From Halomicrobium mukohataei DSM 12286 (lineage in GTDB: Archaea; Halobacteriota; Halobacteria; Halobacteriales; Haloarculaceae), in the NCBI RefSeq assembly GCF_000023965.1, contig NC_013202.1, positions 1,320,001 to 1,352,000 on the forward strand: a DNA stretch of 32,000 nt. The letters are read 5' to 3'. Under the pieces are notes generated by a model. It was not told the DNA's origin. It was given only the letters and a program-made list of their open reading frames with translations, and ran no database searches. Below are positions 1-8,888 of the stretch, one piece after another. Within the stretch, counting starts at the first letter, position 1, and each line of letters starts with the position of its first letter. A program made the position numbers and the translations under genes.

Positions 1-2
1 TG

Positions 3-356
3 GAGTGGGCCCGCGAGCGGTTCGACTCGGTCGCGCTCTTTGGCTACAGTTTCGGCGCTGGCGTCGCGTTGCTCGCGGCGGCCGAAGCCGACCCACAGCC
101 CGCCGCCGTCTCGGTGCTCGCGCCGCCGGCACGACTGGACGACGGCACGGAGACGCCGCCGGCCGTCGGCGACATCGACTGCCCGCTCCAAGTGTGCTAC
201 GGCGAGCGCGACGACACCGTCGACTGGCGGCCGGTCGTCGCCGCTGCCCGCGACCGCGGAGCGACTATCGAATCGCTGCCGGCCGACCACCACTTCGTGG
301 GACAGGGCGAGCGTGTTAGTGTGTGTATCACGTCATTTAACGAAATACATCTATGA
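3..356 (+). CDS. alpha/beta hydrolase (dienelactone-hydrolase-like), 5' end outside the window; the native C-terminus is possibly replaced
   Basis: Frame 3 reads EWARERFDSVALFGYSFGAGVALLAAAE, with the nucleophile elbow G-Y-S-F-G. A late ADHHF motif fits the catalytic His. The last ~14 codons run into AT-rich DNA. Confidence 0.7.
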   Translation, partial: EWARERFDSVALFGYSFGAGVALLAAAEADPQPAAVSVLAPPARLDDGTETPPAVGDIDCPLQVCYGERDDTVDWRPVVAAARDRGATIESLPADHHFVGQGERVSVCITSFNEIHL

Positions 357-705
357 ATGGCAGATGTCATCTGGAAACATCCACTACGTGGGTGACTATG
401 ACAAGCGCTGTGATTGAACCTGCGGCAAGTGTTAGGAATCCACTCTCAGAAGCGGGGATCTGGTCAGCAAGGAGTGTAAGTTGAATGGATATCAACATCC
501 ACGTAATGTGCCTTATACCATTATTTTTCATATATTAATATTATTCTTATATTTTATATATCTTCGTATTACATCATCGATGTCTTCAGCCATATTATAC
601 CTTGGACATTTAGTCCGATATCTATAGTATATTTTTGGGTTTTTAAATGGGATATGGGGCTTGTATTACTGCCGCCTCGGCATTGTCTAGTTCTGGACCT
701 CTTCA

Positions 706-748
706 TGCTACCGGCTATACATCCGTCACAAAGCTATAGCCGGCAGTA
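706..748. mobile_element. decayed short copy of the type-B palindromic MITE-like element
   Basis: Arms are TGCTACCGGCTATA / TATAGCCGGCAGTA, with a perfect 9-bp CCGGCTATA/TATAGCCGG core. The termini match those of the element at 24810-24887. Flanks are TCA (703-705) and TAA (749-751). Confidence 0.35.
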
Positions 749-836
749 TAATTCTACCTGCCGTATTCCCTTGATAACCCGTTCCATGAGAGGAAGTTCC
801 CGAAACGGTTTTCAACACAGGTAGCGGACCGTCGGT

Positions 837-2489
837 ATGCCGACGGAACCTGAGACTGACTACGACCCGGAACTGGGTCGGAAGTTCATTTTCGTAACGG
901 GAGGCGTGATGTCCGGGCTGGGCAAGGGGATCACCGCCGCGAGTACCGGCCGACTACTGAAAAACGCGGGCTTCGACGTGACCGCCGTCAAGATCGATCC
1001 GTACCTCAACGTCGACGCCGGGACGATGAACCCGTTCCAGCACGGCGAGGTGTACGTGCTGAAAGACGGCGGGGAGGTCGACCTCGACTTGGGGAACTAC
1101 GAGCGGTTCCTCGACATCGACATGACCTTCGACCACAACATCACGACCGGCAAGACCTACCAGCACGTCATCGAGAAAGAGCGGGCCGGCGACTACCTGG
1201 GCAAGACGGTCCAGATCATCCCGCACATCACCGACGACATCAAGCGTCGCATCCGCGAGGCCGCCAAGGGCAACGACGTGTGTATCATCGAGGTTGGCGG
1301 GACAGTCGGGGACATCGAGGGGATGCCCTACCTCGAAGCGCTGCGCCAGTTCGCCCACGAGGAAGACGACGACGACATTCTCTTTACCCACGTCACGCTC
1401 GTCCCCTACTCGATGAACGGCGAGCAAAAGACCAAGCCGACCCAGCACTCGGTGAAGGAACTGCGCTCGATCGGGCTCCAGCCCGACATCCTCGTCGGCC
1501 GCTCGGAGGACAAACTCGACATCGACACCCGCGAGAAGATCGCGCTGTTCTGTGACGTACCGACCGAGGCGGTGTTCTCTAACCCCGACGTCTCTGACAT
1601 CTACCACGTCCCGCTGATGGTCGAAGAGGCCGGACTCGACCAGTACGTGATGGAGCAACTCGACATCGCGGACGAGGCGCTCCCACCCGAGCAACGGGAG
1701 AACCGCTGGCGCGAACTCGTGACCCAGCAGACGACCGGCGAGATCGACGTGGCGCTGGTCGGCAAGTACGACCTCGAAGACGCCTACATGTCCGTCCACG
1801 AGGCGCTGAAACACGCCGGTCTCGAAGCCAACGTCGACGTGAACGTCGAGTGGGTCGACTCCGAGGAGATGAGCGACCACCACGTCGACCGGCTCCACGA
1901 CGCCGACGCGGTCGTGGTTCCCGGCGGTTTCGGCTCTCGCGGGACCGCGGGCAAGGTCGAGGCGATCCGCTACGCCCGCGAGAACGACGTGCCGTTCCTG
2001 GGCCTGTGTCTGGGCTTCCAGATGGCCGTCGTCGAGTTCGCCCGCAACGTCCTCGGACTGGAGGGAGCACACTCCGCAGAGTTAGACGAGGAGACGCCAC
2101 ATCCGGTCATCGACATCCTCCCCGAACAGTACGAGGTCGAGGACATGGGCGGGACGATGCGACTGGGTGCCCACGAGACCGATATCGAGCCGGGGACGCT
2201 GGCCAACGAGCTGTACGGAGCCGAGAGCTGTACCGAACGCCACCGTCACCGCTACGAGGTCAACCCCGAGTACATCGAGCGCATCGAGTCCGAAGGGATG
2301 ACCTTCTCGGGGCACGCGGACAACCGTATGGAGATCCTCGAACTGCCCGACCACCCGTACTTCATCGGGACACAGTTCCATCCCGAGTTCCGCTCGCGAC
2401 CGACGCGTGCCAGCCCGCCGTTCGTCGGCCTCCTCGAAGCAGTGCTCGACGACGACACCGCGGCCGCCGATCCGGAGGTGAGCCACTGA
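837..2489 (+). CDS. pyrG: CTP synthase
   Basis: 550 aa. The N-terminus reads [21 protein letters not shown]. The glutamine amidotransferase half carries GLCLGFQ (catalytic Cys) and HRHRYEVN. Confidence 0.97.
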   Translation: MPTEPETDYDPELGRKFIFVTGGVMSGLGKGITAASTGRLLKNAGFDVTAVKIDPYLNVDAGTMNPFQHGEVYVLKDGGEVDLDLGNYERFLDIDMTFDHNITTGKTYQHVIEKERAGDYLGKTVQIIPHITDDIKRRIREAAKGNDVCIIEVGGTVGDIEGMPYLEALRQFAHEEDDDDILFTHVTLVPYSMNGEQKTKPTQHSVKELRSIGLQPDILVGRSEDKLDIDTREKIALFCDVPTEAVFSNPDVSDIYHVPLMVEEAGLDQYVMEQLDIADEALPPEQRENRWRELVTQQTTGEIDVALVGKYDLEDAYMSVHEALKHAGLEANVDVNVEWVDSEEMSDHHVDRLHDADAVVVPGGFGSRGTAGKVEAIRYARENDVPFLGLCLGFQMAVVEFARNVLGLEGAHSAELDEETPHPVIDILPEQYEVEDMGGTMRLGAHETDIEPGTLANELYGAESCTERHRHRYEVNPEYIERIESEGMTFSGHADNRMEILELPDHPYFIGTQFHPEFRSRPTRASPPFVGLLEAVLDDDTAAADPEVSH

Positions 2490-3406
2490 TGGTCGACGTC
2501 GAGTCGTTCATCGACGAGAAGGTCGACGAGATCGCAGACGCCGTCGGGGACGAGAACGCCGTCATCGCGCTGTCCGGTGGCGTCGACTCCTCGACGGCCG
2601 CCGCGCTGGCCTACGAGGCTATCGGCGACCAGCTTACCCCGGTCTACGTCGACACGGGGCTGATGCGCAAGGGCGAGACCGACGAGATCCGCGAGACCTT
2701 CGACTACATGGACTCGCTGCGGATCGTCGACGCTACGGACCGCTTCCTCGACGCCCTCGAAGGCGAGACCGATCCCGAGGAGAAGCGCCACATCATCGGC
2801 GAGCAGTTCATCAGGGAGTTCGAGACCGTCGCCAAAGACGTCGATGCGGACTACCTCGTTCAGGGGACGATCTACCCCGACCGGATCGAGAGCGAGGGGA
2901 CGATCAAGTCCCACCACAACGTCGGCGGCCTCCCCGAGGTCGTCGACTTCGAGGGGATCGTCGAGCCGATGCGGGACCTCTACAAGGACGAGGTTCGCGA
3001 GGTCGCACGCGCACTCGACCTGGAGGAGATCATCTCCGAGCGGATGCCCTTCCCCGGCCCCGGCCTCGCAGTGCGGATCATCGGCGAGGTCACCGAGGAG
3101 AAACTGGAAGTCGCTCGCGAGGCCAACCACGTCGTCGAGGACGAACTCGAAGAGTACGAGCCCTGGCAGGCACTCGCTGCCGTCATCGGCAAGGCCACCG
3201 GTGTCAAGGGCGACAACCGCGTCCACGGCTGGGTCGTCGCGGTCCGCTCGGTCGAATCGCGCGACGGCATGACCGCCCGCGCACAGGAGATCGACTGGGA
3301 GACCCTCCAGCGCATCCAGTCCCGGATCACGGGCTCCCACGAGAACGTCGCTCGCGTCGTCTACGACGTGACTCACAAACCGCCCGCGACCATCGAGTAC
3401 GAATGA
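2489..3406 (+). CDS. guaA: GMP synthase, ATP-pyrophosphatase subunit (archaeal subunit B)
   Basis: The ATG at 2489 overlaps the pyrG stop (ATGA). Contains the PP-loop SGGVDSS and the C-terminal KPPATIEYE. About 305 aa, typical of the split archaeal enzyme. Confidence 0.93.
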   Translation: MVDVESFIDEKVDEIADAVGDENAVIALSGGVDSSTAAALAYEAIGDQLTPVYVDTGLMRKGETDEIRETFDYMDSLRIVDATDRFLDALEGETDPEEKRHIIGEQFIREFETVAKDVDADYLVQGTIYPDRIESEGTIKSHHNVGGLPEVVDFEGIVEPMRDLYKDEVREVARALDLEEIISERMPFPGPGLAVRIIGEVTEEKLEVAREANHVVEDELEEYEPWQALAAVIGKATGVKGDNRVHGWVVAVRSVESRDGMTARAQEIDWETLQRIQSRITGSHENVARVVYDVTHKPPATIEYE

Positions 3407-3714
3407 ACGTCGTCATCGCCGGCCCGGACGAGAACGACATCGCCGACGCGATCGAAGCCGAGGGCCACACGGTCACGAACGCGCCGCTGGGTAATCGTCC
3501 GGGACTCGAAGAGTCGGGCGTCCACGACGCCGACGTGTACCTGCTGACCGATTTCGAACAGGCGACCTCCATCGCGGTCGCGAAGGACCTCAACCCCGAC
3601 GTGCGCGTCGTCGCCTACGCCGAGGGATCCTTGCCCGACTTCGCCAGCCGGCAGACGGATCTGGTCGTCGATCCGCAACTGCTCGGCCCCGACGCCGTCG
3701 CCGAAGAACTCTAG
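3403..3714 (+). CDS. small conserved haloarchaeal protein, Rossmann/TrkA-N-like
   Basis: 103 aa and acidic. Its start overlaps the guaA stop (ATGA), so it belongs to the same operon. The N-terminus [10 protein letters not shown] resembles a nucleotide-binding beta-strand and loop. Confidence 0.7.
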   Translation: MNVVIAGPDENDIADAIEAEGHTVTNAPLGNRPGLEESGVHDADVYLLTDFEQATSIAVAKDLNPDVRVVAYAEGSLPDFASRQTDLVVDPQLLGPDAVAEEL

Positions 3715-3980
3715 TGCCCCCGCATCGCCTCCATGGCGATCGCGGCCGCCGCCGCTCGGTCCGGTGCGCTATCGAGCACCAGTGAGCGACCGTTGAACAG
3801 TTCTCGCACCTGCCACTCCTGTCCGTCACCCGGGGCACGCACGAGCGTCGGGACGACCTCGACACGTCGCCCCGAGTCGTCGTGTTCGTACACCACCGGC
3901 GTCGCCGACGAGTACTTGCGGTCCCGATGGGTGGCACGGACTCTGTGCCACCCGTCTGGCGGAGTCGTGTGAACGGCCAT
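3711..3980 (-). CDS. hypothetical small protein
   Basis: 89-aa ORF convergent with the pyrG operon. Its codon third positions are G/C-rich and it fills the gap. I recognise no motif. Confidence 0.5.
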   Translation of the reverse strand: MAVHTTPPDGWHRVRATHRDRKYSSATPVVYEHDDSGRRVEVVPTLVRAPGDGQEWQVRELFNGRSLVLDSAPDRAAAAAIAMEAMRGH

Positions 3981-4116
3981 CGCGTCTTCTCGTCAGCACT
4001 CTATGGTAAAAAGCAGCACACCAATACTGTTGGGTGAACGACAAAAATCGCCCGCGGTACGAAACGGAATTTTTCGGACCTGTACGCCGGGACTGCAGAT
4101 TTTCGACGAACGAGTG

Positions 4117-4569
4117 CTACTCACCGATCGAGAATGTCCCGTAGACAGTTTCGTCGTCTGGCGTGTTGTGGATCACTCGCAACTCCGTGATCTCGTTCTC
4201 TTCGACCGTTATCGAGGCACGATACGTCGCGTGACCTTCGCAGTCGACGCAGTGGGCACCGCTGTCCACTCGGCGGAAATCCAGTTTGAGGAGCGAGCTC
4301 CCATCGGCCGATGGGTAGAAGGCCTCGTCCTGAACGACGTAGCACCCGGACGGCACCTCGGCGTGGCCCACTAGCTCTATCGCTGTTCGGTCGCCCGAGA
4401 TGTCTACTGTCATCTCTGTGCGCCCGCAGCTAGTTTCCTGAATCTCCACTGTCGATCGTATCTCTGGGGGATCGGAGTTCCCGAGTATTGCACAGCCAGC
4501 CAGCGAGGGGAGGGCGACGACGGCGGACGATTTGATCAGGGTTCTTCTATCCATAATCGTCTGCTTCAC
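4117..4569 (-). CDS. Tat-type secreted lipoprotein, function unknown
   Basis: The N-terminus MDRRTLIKSSAVVALPSLAGC has a twin-arginine motif plus a lipobox Cys. The gene is about 55% G+C, lower than its surroundings. The start could be either Met1 or Met6. Confidence 0.7.
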   Translation of the reverse strand: MKQTIMDRRTLIKSSAVVALPSLAGCAILGNSDPPEIRSTVEIQETSCGRTEMTVDISGDRTAIELVGHAEVPSGCYVVQDEAFYPSADGSSLLKLDFRRVDSGAHCVDCEGHATYRASITVEENEITELRVIHNTPDDETVYGTFSIGE

Positions 4570-4652
4570 GCAGAGGACGATCCAATGACAGAAAAAGCTT
4601 TGAGATAAAACGTCTTCTAAGATCCTTCTATCACGTTAGTTCGTGATTCTCC

Positions 4653-5606
4653 CTACCGCTCGACGATCGCGCCACCGGCACCGACCGCGATGTCCACGTC
4701 GCCCCGGACCACGGCCTTCAGGTTCGCGCCGGTCGGGGTCTGTTCGGCCGCCCAGCCGGCATCGGCGTCGCGGTCGAAGACCGCACCGCCACCGCCGACG
4801 GTGAGGCCCTCGCCGTTCTCGACTTCCACGTCGCGGAGGCCGGCGTCGCCGTTGTCGGTGCGACGCCACTCGCTGCCGTTCCAGCGGTAGATCGAACCGC
4901 CACCGCCCGCGACCCACACGTCGTCGAAGCCGTCGGCGTCGACGCCGTAGAAGTTGTAGTCGGCGTTCGCGATTCCCAGCCGGTCCCACGTCGTGCCGTC
5001 TCTCGTGTACAGGACCGTCTGGTTGCCGTCGACGATGTGGCCGGATCGGTCGTCGAAGAAGTCGACGGCGTTGATCGCCGAGCCGGAGGCCGGCGTCACG
5101 TCCTCCCAGCTGCCGGTCTCGCCGTTCTCGAAGCTGTAGTACAGCTTTCCGGAGTCACCGGCCACGTAGACGTTCGTGCTGCCGGCCTCGCCCGTCACCG
5201 ACACGTCGTTGAAGTTGTTGGTCACGTCCATCGGTGCCGAGTGGTCGTTCAGGACGCCCGACTCGATATCGAGCTCGCCGATCGCGCCCGACGAGCCGAC
5301 GAACCAGAGCCGCTTGCCGTCGTCGGTCACGTCCGCGCCGTAGAGGTTGTTGCCGTTGCCGCTCGGACCGCCGTCGAGCACCTTGCGCCAGCCCTTCGGC
5401 GTCCGTTCGAGGACGACGCCAGCGCCACCGACGGCGTACGCGCCGTCGGCTGTCGACTCCACGTCGAAGAGCGTGTTGCCCGTCGGTGATTCGACGGCCG
5501 TCCACGTGCGTTCGGCGGCCTGTACGCCCGTCGGGACCGCAGCGGCGGCGACCGCCGCTGTGGCTGACTTGAGGACCGTTCGTCGGGTGGCAGTGTCGTC
5601 GAACAT
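4653..5606 (-). CDS. Tat-secreted beta-propeller protein (BNR/Ycf48-like repeats)
   Basis: Tat signal TRRTVLKSATAAVAAAAVPTGVQA. Followed by repeated G-x-x-G/W-containing blade-like segments (AVGGAGVV, FVGSSGAIG, VAGDSGKL, VAGGGGSI, TVGGGGAV, AVGAGGAI). Confidence 0.75.
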   Translation of the reverse strand: MFDDTATRRTVLKSATAAVAAAAVPTGVQAAERTWTAVESPTGNTLFDVESTADGAYAVGGAGVVLERTPKGWRKVLDGGPSGNGNNLYGADVTDDGKRLWFVGSSGAIGELDIESGVLNDHSAPMDVTNNFNDVSVTGEAGSTNVYVAGDSGKLYYSFENGETGSWEDVTPASGSAINAVDFFDDRSGHIVDGNQTVLYTRDGTTWDRLGIANADYNFYGVDADGFDDVWVAGGGGSIYRWNGSEWRRTDNGDAGLRDVEVENGEGLTVGGGGAVFDRDADAGWAAEQTPTGANLKAVVRGDVDIAVGAGGAIVER

Positions 5607-5774
5607 CGCATCTGGGTGGTGGGCTGGTTGCCACTTAGTAGCGGGAAGCGCTTTGGCGAATTTTACGCGAGTTTCAGCTCACCCGATCGGTTTTATTCCG
5701 ACGGGAGAACGTTCGTGCCGCCGAATCTGGGCGTAAATTCGCGTGAACCGAGTAAATGGTTCGGCCGCTAACTA

Positions 5775-6494
5775 TCACTCGCGGGCCAGTTCCGTCAGGC
5801 GCTCGCGTCCGTCGCGCTCGAACGGGCGACCGTGCCCCATACCCAGCACCGCGAAGTCGGGCGCTCGTCCGTTCAGCTCCGCGATGCTGCGCTCGACCTC
5901 GCCGGTGGCGTAGCTGAGGAGCCACGGCGACGGCCGGAGCGTGCCACGCGACTCTCGTACCAGATCGCCGAGCAGTCCGACCGAGGCGCGCTCGCTCACG
6001 TAGGCCACGTGGCCGGGCGTGTGGCCCGGCGTCGCGTAGACGGTGAACTCCCCGACGGTGTCGCCGTCGGTGACGGGTTCGATCCGGTTCGTGGGCGGGG
6101 AGACGAAGCCGGCCATCGCCCGCTGGAACAGTCCTTTGTGGTTGTGCCAGGGCGGCCGCCGTCGGCCCGCGACCAGTTCGGCATCGGCCTCGCCGACGTA
6201 GATCGGCGCGTCGAGGCCGTCGAGTCCCGCCAGTCCGCCGACGTGGTCGATGTCGTAGTGGGTCACCAGCACGCGCTCGATGTCGCGCAGTTCGTAGCCG
6301 GCCGCGGCAATCGCCGCGCTCAGCTGCGTGCCGTGCCACGGCAGTCCCGCGTCGACCAGCGTCACGCCGGAGCCAGCGCCGTCGCCAGCGACCGCTTCGT
6401 CGATCAGGTAGGCGTTGACCCCACGGAGGTCGATCCACCAGACGCCGTCAGCGAGCCGAGTCACCATACCGTCGCGTTGGCCGCGTGGCCGCAA
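5775..6494 (-). CDS. MBL-fold metallo-hydrolase
   Basis: Contains THYDIDHVGG (the HxHxDH metal-binding motif), with later ATPGHTPGH and GHG. Confidence 0.88.
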   Translation of the reverse strand: MRPRGQRDGMVTRLADGVWWIDLRGVNAYLIDEAVAGDGAGSGVTLVDAGLPWHGTQLSAAIAAAGYELRDIERVLVTHYDIDHVGGLAGLDGLDAPIYVGEADAELVAGRRRPPWHNHKGLFQRAMAGFVSPPTNRIEPVTDGDTVGEFTVYATPGHTPGHVAYVSERASVGLLGDLVRESRGTLRPSPWLLSYATGEVERSIAELNGRAPDFAVLGMGHGRPFERDGRERLTELARE

Positions 6495-6505
6495 ATGGAT
6501 TTGGC

Positions 6506-7135
6506 CTACGGCTCCTCGTCGAGCCGATCGGAGAGCCGTCCGACCTGCTCGACGACGATCTCTTCGGTACCGATGCGTGCCCCCTCGACCGAGTCGGGGA
6601 GACAGAACACCGGCGTCCCGTCGGCGATGCCGGCCGCCGCTCGGATGGCGATCACGTCGGAACCGACTTCCTCGTAGAAGCGCTGCCGGAACAGTTCGCC
6701 GAATCCGGGGAGCGCCTTCTCGAACAGCGGGTGGACGGCCTCGACGGTGATGTCGCGCGTGCTGGTACCGGTCCCGCCGACGGTGACGACGCCGTCTACG
6801 TCTCCTCGGTTGACCAGTGCGTCGACGGCACCCTGGACGCCGTCGTGGTCGCGACCGAGCAATTCGCGGGTCACCAGCTCGTGGGGACCCAGTGCCTCGA
6901 TGACGGCATCGCCGACCGAATCGTCCTCGACGGTCCGGTCGTCGGCGACGGTGACGACGGCGACGCCGGCCACCGGTCCCCGATCGGGTTCGTCGGCTTC
7001 CGGTGTCGTCTCGGGCTCGTCCGGCGCGGACGATTCCGACTCGCCGTCCGTCGGCTCGTCGGACGCCGAGTCCGTCTCAGATGCCGCTCGCTCGTCGTCC
7101 CGCGTCCGGCGGTTCCGCGACTGGAAATCGACCAT
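6506..7135 (-). CDS. moaB: molybdenum cofactor biosynthesis protein MoaB/Mog family, with an acidic N-terminal extension
   Basis: The MoaB core includes TVGGTGTSTRDIT and GIADGTPVFCLPDS. I chose the start at Met70 of the track ORF (7135) because a TATA-like AATAAATA at 7158-7165 lies about 27 nt upstream. Confidence 0.85.
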   Translation of the reverse strand: MVDFQSRNRRTRDDERAASETDSASDEPTDGESESSAPDEPETTPEADEPDRGPVAGVAVVTVADDRTVEDDSVGDAVIEALGPHELVTRELLGRDHDGVQGAVDALVNRGDVDGVVTVGGTGTSTRDITVEAVHPLFEKALPGFGELFRQRFYEEVGSDVIAIRAAAGIADGTPVFCLPDSVEGARIGTEEIVVEQVGRLSDRLDEEP

Positions 7136-7157
7136 GGTCCGGCTTCGCAGTGCCGCG

Positions 7158-7165
7158 AATAAATA
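7158..7165 (-). promoter_or_regulatory. TATA-like box for leaderless moaB
   Basis: AATAAATA is centred about 27 nt upstream of the ATG at 7135 on the minus strand. Confidence 0.4.
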
Positions 7166-7251
7166 GCTCGTGGCCTCCGCGTGGTCACTTCGACGTGTGC
7201 TTTGCATTACCAAATCAAAATGATTAAGTGACATGTATGTGGCCTGAACGT

Positions 7252-7407
7252 ATGGAGGAAGCGTTTCACGTCGTCTGCCACGAGTGCAGCGAGGAAGGGG
7301 TCTACGAGAGCCGATCCGACGCAGTTGCAACACGGGAAGCACACGCTGACGGGACGAGCCACCGGGTCAGCCTGCTGGCGATCGGCCCGGCCGTCCCGAA
7401 CCCCTAG
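7252..7407 (+). CDS. small CxxC / His-rich (zinc-finger-like) protein, 51 aa, not in the ORF track
   Basis: Hand translation: MEEAFHVVCHECSEEGVYESRSDAVATREAHADGTSHRVSLLAIGPAVPNP, ending at TAG 7405-7407. Third codon positions are G/C-rich. It fills the moaB-ADH gap. Confidence 0.5.
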   Translation: MEEAFHVVCHECSEEGVYESRSDAVATREAHADGTSHRVSLLAIGPAVPNP

Positions 7408-7438
7408 GGTTTAGACGATGGTGGCCTGACCACCAGCC

Positions 7439-8497
7439 ATGGATGCCGTCCAGTTCGCCGCCCACGGCGACCGCGAGGTCGTCGAGTACGGGCCGTCTCC
7501 CGAGCCCACACTCGGCTCCGACGACGTTCTCCTCGACGTGCGAGCCGGAGCACTGAACCACCTCGACGTGTGGACTCGCCGCGGACTTCCGGGGATCGAC
7601 CTCGACTTTCCCCACGTCCCCGGGAGCGATGCCGCGGGCGTCGTCGTGGCCGTCGGAGACGCGGTCGAGCGGTTCGGCCCGGGCGATCGCGTCGCCGTCA
7701 CCGCCGGACGCAGCTGTGGGGCCTGCGAGTTCTGTCGCGACGGTGAGCCGACGCTGTGTGTGAACTACGAGATCCTCGGCGAACACTGTCCGGGGGTCCA
7801 CGCCGAGCGGACCGCGGTCCCGGCCGACGCGCTCGTCCCCGTTCCGGAGGGCGTCGACTGGACGACCGCGGGGGCCGCGCCGCTGGTCTTCGGGACCGCC
7901 TGGCGCATGCTCCACACCCGCGGCGAGATCGACGCCGGAGAGACCGTCCTCGTGCTGGGAGCGAGCGGCGGCGTCGGGCACGCGGCGGTCCAGATCGCCG
8001 ACCACGCCGGCTGTGCGGTGATCGCGACGGCCAGCAGCGACGAGAAGCGCGCGACCGCTCGTCGGCTGGGTGCGGATCTCGCGATCGACTACGAGGCCAG
8101 AGACTTCGCGGATGCGGTCCGCGCGGAGACCGGCCAGCGCGGCGTCGACGTGGTCGTCGATCACGTCGGCGCGGCCACCTGGAGACAGTCGCTGCGCAGT
8201 CTCGCGAACGGCGGTCGGCTGCTGACCTGCGGGGCGACGACCGGCCCGACGCCGGAGACGAACGTCAACCGGATCTTCGGTAACCAGCTCTCCGTCCACG
8301 GCTCGACGATGGCCGGTCCCGGCGAGTTCGACGACGTGCTCGAACTGGTCTGGGACGGGACCTTCGAGGTGCTGATCCGGGCGGTCCTCCCGATGAGCGA
8401 GACCGCACGCGGCCACGAACTGCTGGAAGAGCGCGAGGGGTTCGGCAAAGTCGTCGTCGTTCCCGACAGCGAGTACGAGGGAGGGGCCGATGAGTAG
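7439..8497 (+). CDS. zinc-type alcohol dehydrogenase / quinone oxidoreductase (MDR superfamily)
   Basis: Contains GSDAAGVVVAVG, a CGACEFC cysteine cluster, and the Rossmann motif VLVLGASGGVGHAAVQIA. A TATA-like GTTTAGAC lies about 27 nt upstream. Confidence 0.9.
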   Translation: MDAVQFAAHGDREVVEYGPSPEPTLGSDDVLLDVRAGALNHLDVWTRRGLPGIDLDFPHVPGSDAAGVVVAVGDAVERFGPGDRVAVTAGRSCGACEFCRDGEPTLCVNYEILGEHCPGVHAERTAVPADALVPVPEGVDWTTAGAAPLVFGTAWRMLHTRGEIDAGETVLVLGASGGVGHAAVQIADHAGCAVIATASSDEKRATARRLGADLAIDYEARDFADAVRAETGQRGVDVVVDHVGAATWRQSLRSLANGGRLLTCGATTGPTPETNVNRIFGNQLSVHGSTMAGPGEFDDVLELVWDGTFEVLIRAVLPMSETARGHELLEEREGFGKVVVVPDSEYEGGADE

Positions 8498-8789
8498 CGA
8501 CGACGACGGCGACGCGGGCTACGTCCATCGACCCAGCGGCGAACCGCCGACCAGCGGCGACGGCGAACGCGAGTTCGACTGGCGAGGGTGGACGCTGGTC
8601 GGGACCGTGCTCTTCGCCTTCATCGTCGCTCCCGGCGCGCTCCTCCTCCTCCCGGCCGCACAGTCGTTCGTCCAGTCGCTCGGGCTGACGTTGCGTGACG
8701 CCTACCTCGTTCTCCCGCTGCTCCCGGCGTTCCTGCTCGGTAGCGTTGCCGTCTGGTCGGCGATGCGTGCTCGCTCGGGCGGTGCGTGA
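8490..8789 (+). CDS. small membrane protein (2 predicted TM helices)
   Basis: 99 aa. It overlaps the ADH stop by 8 nt. An acidic N-terminus is followed by two hydrophobic stretches (WTLVGTVLFAFIVAPGALLLL, LVLPLLPAFLLGSVAVW). Confidence 0.6.
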   Translation: MSSDDDGDAGYVHRPSGEPPTSGDGEREFDWRGWTLVGTVLFAFIVAPGALLLLPAAQSFVQSLGLTLRDAYLVLPLLPAFLLGSVAVWSAMRARSGGA

Positions 8790-8801
8790 TACGGAGGCTC
8801 C

Positions 8802-8845
8802 TCGCCAGCGGCGAGCGTCTCCCCGGCGTGACTCACCGCTGGCGA
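8802..8845. terminator. 10-bp inverted repeat between convergent genes (candidate 3'-end hairpin)
   Basis: TCGCCAGCGG (8802-8811) pairs with CCGCTGGCGA (8836-8845), between the stops at 8789 (+) and 8889 (-). Confidence 0.3.
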
Positions 8846-8888
8846 CGACGCCGGCCCGTGCGAGCGTGACCGCGAGTTTCCCGCCTGG

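Noticed and set aside
367-531. 54-codon hydrophobic ORF on the minus strand in the AT-rich islet (MKNNGIRHITWMLISIQLTLLADQIPASESGFLTLAAGSITALVIVTHVVDVSR).
   Set aside because: It is short, with no motif and no conservation information, and AT-rich DNA readily yields such ORFs. It is mentioned only as something to check within the islet finding.
320-836. AT-rich islet as a replication origin (DUE). AACATCCAC is repeated at 376-384 and 494-502.
   Set aside because: There is no Orc1/Cdc6 gene nearby and no recognisable ORB-type inverted repeats. A single repeated 9-mer in about 500 bp is close to chance expectation.
4003-4374. 123-aa plus-strand ORF overlapping the lipoprotein gene.
   Set aside because: The opposite-strand ORF has a textbook Tat signal plus lipobox, while this one has no features and a basic composition.
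8787-8795. The stop codon TGA followed by TACGGA looks like a third type A element end.
   Set aside because: Only 6 nt match. The sequence beyond diverges from the type A terminus, and no matching right end (TCCGTA) occurs before the next gene. It is a possible solo remnant but not supportable.
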